From assembly GCA_964388035.1 (NCBI GenBank), contig CAYLZE010000020.1, forward strand, positions 1 through 59,513: a DNA stretch of 59,513 nucleotides, read 5' to 3'. The translations under genes were made by a program, and so were the position numbers. The notes under the pieces were generated by a model. It saw nothing but the letters and a program-made list of their open reading frames with translations, was not told where the DNA came from and made no database searches. Numbering within the stretch: position 1 is the first letter of the stretch; every line of letters starts with the position of its first letter. Of the stretch, positions 37,441-46,944 are shown piece by piece. Origin of the DNA: an uncultured archaeon. GTDB lineage: Archaea > Asgardarchaeota > Lokiarchaeia > Sigyniarchaeales > SOKP01.

Positions 37441-39246
37441 TTACATTCCCCACCATGGATTTTGGGTCGCTCTCATGAGTTCTATGTATTCTCGAAGGGC
37501 ATCCTTCTGATCAGAGGTTAACTCATTTAGAAATTTTGCAATTAATTGTCTTACATGGGATTCAGGAACGCTTACAAATAAGGTTTCATCTCTCTCGATA
37601 TCTCTTCCTATTTCAATTCCTCGAATAGAAATAGCTACTTCTGAATTGGCATCAGCCTTATCTAAACTTTTTCCTTTGTCTTGAATTTGATGAACTCTAC
37701 CCACTTTTTTGCCCTTGCCCGTGATTAGATTAACCTTTGGTTTTAAGGTGCCCGCCTCTACGTTTATGCCAAAAACAGCGGGATTAGAATTACGGAAAAT
37801 AAATTCTGGAAGCATTTTTAATTTTGCGGGTAAAATAAGTTCTCCCAATTCCTTAGCAGTATCTTGAGCTTTTCTGGTTTCTCGATATTCAATATATTCT
37901 TCGAGTAAGCGATAAATCACGTCATTTGTGAAAATACGTATATTATCCGTGATGGCTTGTTCTTGCGCTTCAGGCAAGATATCCACGTTAAATCCTAAGA
38001 CCGCAGCAGAGTAAGGATCGAAAATTTTTACGAGGTTCGCATTAATCACATCCTCCTTTTTTATGGAGCCCACGTCGGCGATACTGATTTTAACACCATT
38101 AGTTGAAAAATGGTTTTCCAACGCCTCTAAAGAGCCCAATGTATCTGCTTTTAGAACAACTCCCGCTTTTTCTGTTCTAATCCTGATACTTTGAATTTCC
38201 GAGTTAATTTCATTAAAGATTTTTTCCTCTTGTGAACTATTTGCGACAACTTTAAAAGGAGAACCTGCTACCACATCTTCGATATTTGGGGCTAGAATCT
38301 TTACTCCCGCAGCAGCTGAAATCATATCCATGGAATCAAATTTTTGACGGGGATCTCGAATTTCATCGAGCGGTTTGGGGACCAAGAGAGCTCTCACCTT
38401 AGACTTGATTGGTCCCTCCAATCCCCCCACCATGAACTCATCCCCTTTCTCTATTATTCCATCGTAAATCAATACATCAATTGTTTTTCCATATCCTTTC
38501 TCTTTTTTCACCTCTAAAACAACTCCTTTCGCGGGACCTTCAGAAAATTTCAAATTTTCTTGTAAATATTGTTGGGTCAACCCTAAAAGAATCATGAGTA
38601 AGGTAGAGATTCCCTCTCCCGTAATCGCACTGGTGGGAATGATGGCAACCTTTTTCGTGAAATCTGTTATTTTATCATACCTATCGCACCCTTTAAAACC
38701 TTCTTCTAAAAAGTCACCAATCAATTGATAAATTTTTTCATCCAGATATTCCCGTACATGGGGCTTTTGTTTATTGTAGGAATCCAAAAAATCAGCATCT
38801 TTGATCGATTTCCATCCCGTAATTCTGTCAATTTTATTAGCTGCGATAACAAAAGGTGTTTTTTTTTCTCTTAAAATTCTGACTGATTCCCAGGTTATGG
38901 GTTGGGTACCAGCTGTTATATCAATTACCAAGATTGCAATATCAGCGACAGCTCCTCCCCGTTTTCTCAAGTTTAAGAAGGCGGCATGGCCTGGAGTATC
39001 AACAATAAGAATACCCGGAAGAATAAATTCTTTTTGGGCAAATTCGGCTTTTGATTTTTTTAGAAAGGCAATTATGGCTTCTGTGGGAAAATAAGAAGCC
39101 CCTATGTGTTGAGTAATCCCCGCGGCTTCTCTTTTTTGTACAATGGTACCTCGAATATAATCTAAAAGGGAAGTTTTCCCGTGATCTATATGACCAAGAA
39201 TGCATGCGATCGGTGCTCTTATGATTTTATCTCGATTTTCAGTCAA
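37441..39246 (-). CDS. infB: Translation initiation factor aIF5B (IF-2)
   Basis: RAPI..ILGHIDHGKTSLLD, EAAGITQHIGAS, DTPGHAAF, KADTLGSLEAL; TTG start with SD. Confidence 0.96.
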   Translation of the reverse strand: MTENRDKIIRAPIACILGHIDHGKTSLLDYIRGTIVQKREAAGITQHIGASYFPTEAIIAFLKKSKAEFAQKEFILPGILIVDTPGHAAFLNLRKRGGAVADIAILVIDITAGTQPITWESVRILREKKTPFVIAANKIDRITGWKSIKDADFLDSYNKQKPHVREYLDEKIYQLIGDFLEEGFKGCDRYDKITDFTKKVAIIPTSAITGEGISTLLMILLGLTQQYLQENLKFSEGPAKGVVLEVKKEKGYGKTIDVLIYDGIIEKGDEFMVGGLEGPIKSKVRALLVPKPLDEIRDPRQKFDSMDMISAAAGVKILAPNIEDVVAGSPFKVVANSSQEEKIFNEINSEIQSIRIRTEKAGVVLKADTLGSLEALENHFSTNGVKISIADVGSIKKEDVINANLVKIFDPYSAAVLGFNVDILPEAQEQAITDNIRIFTNDVIYRLLEEYIEYRETRKAQDTAKELGELILPAKLKMLPEFIFRNSNPAVFGINVEAGTLKPKVNLITGKGKKVGRVHQIQDKGKSLDKADANSEVAISIRGIEIGRDIERDETLFVSVPESHVRQLIAKFLNELTSDQKDALREYIELMRATQNPWWGM

Positions 39247-39252
39247 TCTTTT

Positions 39253-39258
39253 TCACCC
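39253..39258 (-). promoter_or_regulatory. Shine-Dalgarno GGGTGA upstream of the TTG start of infB
   Basis: 6 nt upstream of TTG at 39246. Confidence 0.6.
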
Positions 39259-39429
39259 GCTTGTCGAAAATGATTCCAATTCTTAATATTTTTAAATAGT
39301 ATAGTTGGTGATTAGATTAGAATTTTTCTCTCATGATAACAAAGACAACAGTTTCTTCCAAGAAAAAAGATATTCAGAACCTTAATTTATTATTGACAAA
39401 AAAAAGAAAAATAGAAAATATAGATAAAT

Positions 39430-40149
39430 TTATTTTTTAAATAATTCTTGCATCCATCGGGGTAATAAGAACCCGCAATAGAATTCGATAGAACTGGTAA
39501 TCAAAATGATGCGAGCAATGATTAAAAGAAGAATATTCTCCGTGCTGAAAATGTCTAAGACAGAACCGATGAAAAAGGAATAGAACGCAAGAAGGAGGAA
39601 CCTCCCTTTTAAATTAAGTAGGTGATCTTCGCTCTTAAGAGATTGTCTGGCGAAAATCGTGCCAGTTATGATTATTATTACGAGTAGTATGAGCTGATAT
39701 AATGTAATTATTAACCCATATTTTACATCAACTGGGCCTGTTACTTGGCCGATTACCGTGATATCCGTGAATAAAAAATAGAAAAAGAACACTTCATAGA
39801 TAATTCCGAAAATAATAAAAAGTCCTACGATTACCTTTTGATATTTTTTGTATTTTAAATCGGTAAATGCGGTCATCCAGCAAATACTAATTATAGGCAA
39901 CAAAACATTACCCAATGCTAAATATAATTCATCGGGAATGGGCGTACCGAATAAAAGATTGGCAATGGTTGAGACAGTACTCGGATACCAGGGAGATACA
40001 ATGCCCATCCATACTATTCCTATTAGGATATAAGCTCTTTGCTTGAATTTAGGGTATTTCGATGCAATGATTAAACCGATGATGATTGAAATTGCAACAA
40101 AAATTATGGAAAAAATTCCATTAAGCGTTTCAAATGTTGTTAATGTCAT
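39430..40149 (-). CDS. Stand-alone ~7-TM membrane protein
   Basis: About seven hydrophobic helices with short loops; no soluble domain. Confidence 0.75.
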   Translation of the reverse strand: MTLTTFETLNGIFSIIFVAISIIIGLIIASKYPKFKQRAYILIGIVWMGIVSPWYPSTVSTIANLLFGTPIPDELYLALGNVLLPIISICWMTAFTDLKYKKYQKVIVGLFIIFGIIYEVFFFYFLFTDITVIGQVTGPVDVKYGLIITLYQLILLVIIIITGTIFARQSLKSEDHLLNLKGRFLLLAFYSFFIGSVLDIFSTENILLLIIARIILITSSIEFYCGFLLPRWMQELFKK

Positions 40150-40454
40150 TTTAAGTTCATATTTGATTTATGTATAATGGAGATTCGTAAATTTTCTATT
40201 TAAATATTTCTCTTAGTGACTTTAATACTAATTTCCTAGTATTATTTATAGAAAAAGTGATTATTCACGCTTCATTTTTAGATGTTTATTTGATCCTGTT
40301 TTTATCTTTATAAAATTAAAAGAATTTTATTTGATATTAATAATTTTTTATTAAATCTCCAACATGTTCATTAAAATTATTTAAATTCAATAAAAAATGA
40401 GAATTAATTAATTTAAATATAATTTTAATCAATAAGAAAAAAAATAGTAGACTC

Positions 40455-41534
40455 ATGCCGACTTTTGGTCATATCGTATATGGTTTTTGTTTATTATTAC
40501 CCATACTTTATTATTCTAGGAATAAATTCAGCTATAAAGTGTCTTTCATTTTTCTTGCGAATAATTTATTTGGACCCGACATTGTAAATTTCTTCTTTGT
40601 AATACCGACTCATAGTATCATTGGATTTTCAATTCTTGCAATCCCTTATTCATTGATTTTCACCTATGGGTCAAGATTTTCGCTTATTCGTTCTGAAGGA
40701 AAATTTCCTTTAAAGCTTGAGGACAGTGGTATCAGAGAGGTTAATTGGAAGAATGCTTATTGTGCAACGGCGAGTGGGGGTATTTCTCACTTCTTTATTG
40801 ATCAATTTTATCATTTCCATCAAAAAATGGAAATTTTCGAGGGAATAAGCATTTCTCATGATGAAATGCTCGCGTGGGGGGGAGAAGCGTATCACGTGCT
40901 TAGTCCATTAATGGTAATAGGATTTTTAATAGTAGTATTTACAATCTTATTATCTCTTTACTTTTTTAAGGAAGGATATAAGGAAACATTTAAATTATTT
41001 CTCATCTCAACGGTTTTATCATTCATTTTCTTTGCTATTTCCACTGAAGTTTATGGCGGGGAAAGAGAATGGGGCGTGCTGGTTCATTCTATTGTTTATG
41101 TATTAATTCCCCTTTTTCTATTGATGTATGCAGCCCGAGATGTTGAAGAAAATCCCAGAATAACCCCAGATGAGCCCAAGATCAATAGAAGAACTCTTTT
41201 AAATATTGTAGCAGTTATTTCTATTGTTGTTGCTATATTTTTCCTATTATATGCTTCTTTGGCAATTTTTCTATCAGATACAGTCGCAAAAATTTACGGA
41301 AATACGAGCCCAGAAACCGTTTTTGCCATTGAAATGTTCGGTGTTTTTTTTGGTACGATAGCGACATTTTTACTTATTGGTGGTATTGGACTTTTTTTCA
41401 AAATTAATATTTGCAGGTACTTTGCAATTGCTGCTGCTTCACTCTTCCTCATATTTGGATTTCCATTGGCCATAGCTTTCTTCCTATGTGAACGAGATGT
41501 CAAAGCCTTGTTTAAGAAGGAAGTAAAAGAATAA
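40455..41534 (+). CDS. Membrane-bound metal-dependent hydrolase (YdjM/LexA-binding-like) with extra TM region
   Basis: N-terminal GH, GPD, THS, SHFFID motif series. Confidence 0.65.
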   Translation: MPTFGHIVYGFCLLLPILYYSRNKFSYKVSFIFLANNLFGPDIVNFFFVIPTHSIIGFSILAIPYSLIFTYGSRFSLIRSEGKFPLKLEDSGIREVNWKNAYCATASGGISHFFIDQFYHFHQKMEIFEGISISHDEMLAWGGEAYHVLSPLMVIGFLIVVFTILLSLYFFKEGYKETFKLFLISTVLSFIFFAISTEVYGGEREWGVLVHSIVYVLIPLFLLMYAARDVEENPRITPDEPKINRRTLLNIVAVISIVVAIFFLLYASLAIFLSDTVAKIYGNTSPETVFAIEMFGVFFGTIATFLLIGGIGLFFKINICRYFAIAAASLFLIFGFPLAIAFFLCERDVKALFKKEVKE

Positions 41535-41811
41535 TTTTTAGGTCATCTAAAAAATGAATTTAATAAATAAAAGGATGGTTGAGAAATATCTTGAATGCCA
41601 ATCGAAGGTAAATACGATATCAAAAAAGGAATAGCTAGTTATTGTTAAACGAAATTTTTATTTTTTTTCTTAAATATTTTCAAATTAAGGATCGATTAAA
41701 AAAAATCTAAGGATAACCTTAATAAATTCGGGAGTGAAATTTTGTATCTTTTCATCAATTTTACCGAATTAGTTACGCAATATTTCCGCGATATGAATAC
41801 CAACATTAAAA

Positions 41812-44712
41812 TTAGTTGTATTTGCGCTCAAGACATTTTTTTAGAAATTTTCCAGTATAGGAATTCTCTCGTGTAATAATTTCTTCAGGTGTACCCTCTG
41901 CGATAATTTCTCCTCCTTTTTCTCCTCCTTCAGGTCCAATATCTATGATGTAATCAGCAGATTTTATTATCTCCATGTTATGCTCAATAATAATGACTGT
42001 ATTTCCTTTGTCAACAAGGCGTTGTAATACCTTTAATAAAATCTCGATATCATAAACGCTTAACCCCGTCGTGGGTTCGTCGAGGATGTATAAAGTATTA
42101 CCCGTGCTTTGTTTACGCAGTTCTCTTGCTATCTTGAGGCGTTGAGATTCTCCTCCACTTAGAGTAGTAGAGGATTGTCCGAGCTCTAAGTATCCCAATC
42201 CTACATCTACTACCGTTTTCAAGGTTCTCTTCAAATTCGGAAAACTATCAAAGAAAGTTAATGCACTATCAAACGTCATTCGCAATACATCGGAAATAGT
42301 ATTATCTTTGTATTTGATTTCAAGCGTTTCTCGATTGTAGCGAAGCCCATTACATAAATCGCATTTTATATAAACGTCCGGCAAGAAATACATTTCCTTT
42401 AAAATGTACCCTGTTCCATTGCATTTTTTACAATGTCCTGACTTATTATTAAATGAAAAACGCCCTTTTTTATATCCCCTTTCTCTCGCTTCCTGTAAAG
42501 AAGAAAATATTTCTCTAATATAATCTAAGGCTTTCGTATAAGTTGCGGGTACCGATCTAGGGGTTCTCCCAATAGGAGATTGATCAATATTAATTACCTT
42601 ATCTATTTTTTTTGTCCCGGTAATTTCATCATACAGGCCTGCTTGAAGGGGCTTGCTTCTTACATTTACAACATTATGCAATCCTTTGTAGAGGCAATCG
42701 ATAATCAAGCTGGTCTTACCTGCTCCCGAAACTCCTGTAATGCAAGTCAATACACCCAACGGGATTTTCACATTTACACTTTTTAAATTGTTTTCTCTTG
42801 CTCCTTTAATCTGTACGTAATTAGATTCCTTTCCATTATAAAACGAGACTGGTCTTCTGCTTTTCGGAACTTCAATTTTTTTTTTGCCCGATAAGTATTG
42901 AGCGGTTAAAGAATCTGCTTTTAAAATTTCTCCTAACGATCCTTCCGCAACAACTTTCCCCCCATTTTCTCCAGCATATGGTCCCAAATCTATGATATGA
43001 TCCGCATTTCTAATGATATCTTCATCATGTTCCACTACAACTACGGTATTACCCAAATCCCTTAATTTTTTTAACATTTTAATGAGCCTATCTATATCTC
43101 GAGCGTGAAGACCCACGCTAGGTTCATCGAGAACGTAGAGTACGCCCACTAAGCTTGATCCTAATTGGGTGGCAAGGCGAATTCTTTCTGCTTCTCCCAC
43201 CGATAAGGTATAAGCACTCCTGCTCAAGGAGATGTAATCTAATCCCACGTTATTTAAAAAAGATAATCGTGCATTTATTTCTTTTAAAACCTCTTTCACA
43301 ATGATCCCTTCTGTCTCATCCAACTTCAAGTTTTTGAAAAATCGAATTGATTCTCTCACGGATAAATCGGTTAATTGAGCAATATTCAAATCATTAATCG
43401 TGACCGCCCTACTTTCCGGCCTAATGCGGCTACCCCCACATTCGGGGCAGGGAACTTGATTCATTAATGTTTCATAAATAGTTCTTGCTCGTTCTGAAGA
43501 AGTTTCAATATATCGCCGATGAAGCATGGGAAGGACACCTTCAAACGGTTTTTTAAATTTATAAGAAGATTGAAAATCTCTTGTTTTATACCGCGAGTTG
43601 GTATCATCATTACTTTTAAGATTAAATTCAATGGCCTCGTCATCAGAACCAAATAATATTTTCTTTAACTTATCTTCATCCAATTCATTAATAGGAGTAC
43701 TTTTTAAATCAATATCATAATAATCAGCTACCTGCTTGATCATCTGCCAATAATATCCGCTTAAGGAGCCGAATCCCGGTATATTTCTTAATCCACTTTC
43801 TTGAAGGGGCATGTTGAGATCTGGTCCAAGAATCAGATTATAATCAAATTCCATGACGGTTCCTAACCCATTGCAATATCGGCAGCTTCCGTGAGGAATA
43901 TTAAACGAAAACATCTTGTGATCCAAAGGTGGGATGGAAATTTGACATTTTACGCATGCCAGATGCTCTGAATATAAAAACTCTCCCACTTCAAGGATTT
44001 CAACAATGATGATTCCATTGCTCAAACTTAATGCGGTTTCAATTGAATCTGCTAAACGTGTTTTTATACCTTCTTTCATGACTAAGCGATCCACGATTAC
44101 ATTAATATTATGCTTGACATGCTTATCCATCGGGATTTCTTCATCCAGAGTATATTGAATCCCATCCACTTCCACTCGCAAGTATCCTTTTTTTTTAAGA
44201 TCTTGTAACAAATCCTTGTATTCTCCTTTCCGATCGCGGATGACCGGAGCTTTAATTATAAATTTGGCATTTTCTTTTACGCTAGATAAGACTTGTTCAA
44301 TAATCTGCTGAGGAGTTTGGGGTTTTATTTCTCTCCCACAGTTTGGACAGTGCGGAATTCCAACATTGGCATAGAGAAGGCGATAATAGTCATATATTTC
44401 TGTAACTGTTCCAACCGTGCTTCTTGGATTCTTGGATAAGGGTTTTTGCTCGATGGCTATGGCAGGAGATAATCCTTCAATGCTATCTACATCTGGCTTG
44501 TCCATTTCACCTAAGAATTGCCGTGCATAACTGGATAAGGATTCGAGAAAGCGTCTCTGCCCCTCCGCATACAAGGTATCCATGGCGAGCGAACTCTTCC
44601 CGCTGCCAGAGATCCCTGTGATGATTATAAGTTTATTTCTCGGTATAATCACGTCAATATTTTTCAGATTATTCTGGCGTGCTCCTTTGATAATTATGGG
44701 ATGGTCTTTCAT
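41812..44712 (-). CDS. uvrA: Excinuclease ABC subunit A
   Basis: GARQNNLKN, GISGSGKSS, AEGQRR, Zn fingers, two ABC domains (LSGGESQRLK). Confidence 0.97.
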   Translation of the reverse strand: MKDHPIIIKGARQNNLKNIDVIIPRNKLIIITGISGSGKSSLAMDTLYAEGQRRFLESLSSYARQFLGEMDKPDVDSIEGLSPAIAIEQKPLSKNPRSTVGTVTEIYDYYRLLYANVGIPHCPNCGREIKPQTPQQIIEQVLSSVKENAKFIIKAPVIRDRKGEYKDLLQDLKKKGYLRVEVDGIQYTLDEEIPMDKHVKHNINVIVDRLVMKEGIKTRLADSIETALSLSNGIIIVEILEVGEFLYSEHLACVKCQISIPPLDHKMFSFNIPHGSCRYCNGLGTVMEFDYNLILGPDLNMPLQESGLRNIPGFGSLSGYYWQMIKQVADYYDIDLKSTPINELDEDKLKKILFGSDDEAIEFNLKSNDDTNSRYKTRDFQSSYKFKKPFEGVLPMLHRRYIETSSERARTIYETLMNQVPCPECGGSRIRPESRAVTINDLNIAQLTDLSVRESIRFFKNLKLDETEGIIVKEVLKEINARLSFLNNVGLDYISLSRSAYTLSVGEAERIRLATQLGSSLVGVLYVLDEPSVGLHARDIDRLIKMLKKLRDLGNTVVVVEHDEDIIRNADHIIDLGPYAGENGGKVVAEGSLGEILKADSLTAQYLSGKKKIEVPKSRRPVSFYNGKESNYVQIKGARENNLKSVNVKIPLGVLTCITGVSGAGKTSLIIDCLYKGLHNVVNVRSKPLQAGLYDEITGTKKIDKVINIDQSPIGRTPRSVPATYTKALDYIREIFSSLQEARERGYKKGRFSFNNKSGHCKKCNGTGYILKEMYFLPDVYIKCDLCNGLRYNRETLEIKYKDNTISDVLRMTFDSALTFFDSFPNLKRTLKTVVDVGLGYLELGQSSTTLSGGESQRLKIARELRKQSTGNTLYILDEPTTGLSVYDIEILLKVLQRLVDKGNTVIIIEHNMEIIKSADYIIDIGPEGGEKGGEIIAEGTPEEIITRENSYTGKFLKKCLERKYN

Positions 44713-44752
44713 GAGTAAGTAAAATTTTATTTATCTTTTTGAAATAATAAGG

Positions 44753-46750
44753 TCATGCTTTAACCTTTTGGGATACTTGCAATTCCTTTATTTTATCCCG
44801 TAAAAAAGCGGCATCTTCAAAGCGCAATTCTTTGGCTGCTAATAACATTTTGTTTTCCAAATATTGGATTACTACATCATTATCTTCAAGTTGTTCTATT
44901 TTTTCTTCTATTGATTTCTTCATGCGCTTTGATTCTCTTTCTCTATATTCTTTTTCTTCCGATAAAGATCTCAAAATGTTCTTTTGAATTGTTTTTGGGG
45001 TGATATAATATTTTTGATTGAACATCAACTGTTTTTGTCTTCTCCTATTGGTTTCATCAATTGCTCCTTTCATTGCGGGCGTCATTTTATTAGCATACAA
45101 GATGGCTCTTCCTTTGACATTTCTAGAAGCTCTTCCTATCGTTTGAATTAAAGAACGGGTGTCCCTCAAAAAGCCTAATTTATCTGCATCTAAAATGGCA
45201 ACTAACTGCACTTCGGGAAGGTCTAATCCTTCTCTTAAGAGATTAATGCCCACAATAGCATCAAAAGTTCCATCCCGCAATTTTCTTAATACATCGAATC
45301 TCTCTACGGTATCTATTTCTGAATGCAAATATGCAATTTTAATCCCTAATTCGGAATAATATTCGGCAATATCTTCCGCCATTCGTTTTGTTAAAGTAGT
45401 AATTAATATTCTCCCGTTATCCTTAATAACTGTTCTTAATTCATGAAGCAAATTGTCAATTTGATCATCAGCAGATCGAACCTCTACTTGCGGATCTACC
45501 AACCCCGTAGGTCTAATTATTTGTTCTGCAGAGATACCCCCACTCTTTTTCAACTCATATTCTCCGGGAGTAGCAGACATGAAAATGATGTACTTAATTT
45601 TGCTTTCCCATTCCTTGAATTTTAAGGGACGATTATCGAATGCACTTGGTAAGCGCCATCCATAATTAACCAAGTTCGTTTTACGAGAACGATCTCCTCC
45701 AATCATGCCATGGATCTGCGGAATTGTAACGTGAGATTCATCCACTACAATCAAAAAATCTTGGGGGAAATAATCAATCAAGCACATTGGGGGTGTTCCT
45801 GGAGGACGTCTGTCTAAATGCCGCGAATAATTTTCAATTCCTTTACAATAACCCATTTCACGCATCATTTCTAAATCAAATTTAACTCGCTTTTCGATTC
45901 TCTGAGCTTCAGCATATTTCTTTTTTTCCTTAAATTTGGCGATCTGAATTTTAAGTTCTTCTTCGATCGATTCTAATGCTTTAATTTTATTTTCTTCCGG
46001 AATGATGAAATGGGTGGCAGGAAAAATGCGACAATTGGGCACGTGCTTAATGACTTCATTACTCACGGGATGGATTTCTTGTATGTCTTCAATTTCCTCT
46101 CCAAAAAGTGATATTCTTATTCCCGTGTCTAAATAAGCCGGGTAAATATCTACAATGTCCCCTTTTACTCTCACTTGCCCTCGTTTGAACTCGATGGCAC
46201 TTCGTTCATAATTCATCTTGATTAGTTTCTCTATAATTTCTGAGCGCTTGATTTCCTGGCCAATTTCCAAACTTAAAGCCACGTTCGTCCAAATTTCGGG
46301 ATTCCCAATCCCATAAATGCAAGAAACCGTCGCTACAATTATGACATCATGTCGAGTCCTTATGGCATGGGTTGCAGCGAGACGTAATTTCTCAATTTCT
46401 TCATTTACACTAAAATCTTTTTCAATATACAATCCCGTGACTGGAAGATAAGCTTCTGGTTGGTAATAATCATAATATGAGACAAAATAATGTACAGCAT
46501 TCTCGGGAAAGAGTTCATTAAGTTCATTATATAATTGTGCGGCTAAAGTTTTATTTGGAGCCATCAATAAGGTTGGTTTTTGAATCTCTTGAATAATATT
46601 CGCGATTGAAAAAGTTTTACCCGTGCCCGTTGCACCCAATAACGTTTGAAATTTCTGCCCATTTTTAATATTTTCTGCTAGAGCATGAATCGCTTGAGGT
46701 TGATCTCCTGCAGGTGTATAATCAGTAGTGATTTTAAATTCTGAGGACAT
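44753..46750 (-). CDS. uvrB: Excinuclease ABC subunit B
   Basis: PAGDQPQAI, GATGTGKT, YFVSYYDYYQPEAY, DESH, GINLLREGLDLPEV, C-terminal UVR domain. Confidence 0.97.
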   Translation of the reverse strand: MSSEFKITTDYTPAGDQPQAIHALAENIKNGQKFQTLLGATGTGKTFSIANIIQEIQKPTLLMAPNKTLAAQLYNELNELFPENAVHYFVSYYDYYQPEAYLPVTGLYIEKDFSVNEEIEKLRLAATHAIRTRHDVIIVATVSCIYGIGNPEIWTNVALSLEIGQEIKRSEIIEKLIKMNYERSAIEFKRGQVRVKGDIVDIYPAYLDTGIRISLFGEEIEDIQEIHPVSNEVIKHVPNCRIFPATHFIIPEENKIKALESIEEELKIQIAKFKEKKKYAEAQRIEKRVKFDLEMMREMGYCKGIENYSRHLDRRPPGTPPMCLIDYFPQDFLIVVDESHVTIPQIHGMIGGDRSRKTNLVNYGWRLPSAFDNRPLKFKEWESKIKYIIFMSATPGEYELKKSGGISAEQIIRPTGLVDPQVEVRSADDQIDNLLHELRTVIKDNGRILITTLTKRMAEDIAEYYSELGIKIAYLHSEIDTVERFDVLRKLRDGTFDAIVGINLLREGLDLPEVQLVAILDADKLGFLRDTRSLIQTIGRASRNVKGRAILYANKMTPAMKGAIDETNRRRQKQLMFNQKYYITPKTIQKNILRSLSEEKEYRERESKRMKKSIEEKIEQLEDNDVVIQYLENKMLLAAKELRFEDAAFLRDKIKELQVSQKVKA

Positions 46751-46944
46751 TGACCAATTTATGAGTTTTATTAATTCTTTTTTATATAGTTTCTTAGTAA
46801 GAAGTTCTTATATAAAGAGAACTCTATTCAGTATTAGTGATTTTTGCTTAATGTTTTTTATTCTTATTTTTTAAAAAACGTAAACCAAAGATTTATAGAA
46901 AAAATAAAAAAAATAGAGGAAAAGCGATATAATTTCGCACGGTT

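Noticed and set aside
41725-41770. AATTCGG...CCGAATT hairpin downstream of uvrA
   Set aside because: 7-bp arms with an irregular interior; compatible with chance or a simple terminator; no recognisable ncRNA
41812-46750. uvrAB without uvrC
   Set aside because: uvrC is often unlinked; absence from one window is uninformative
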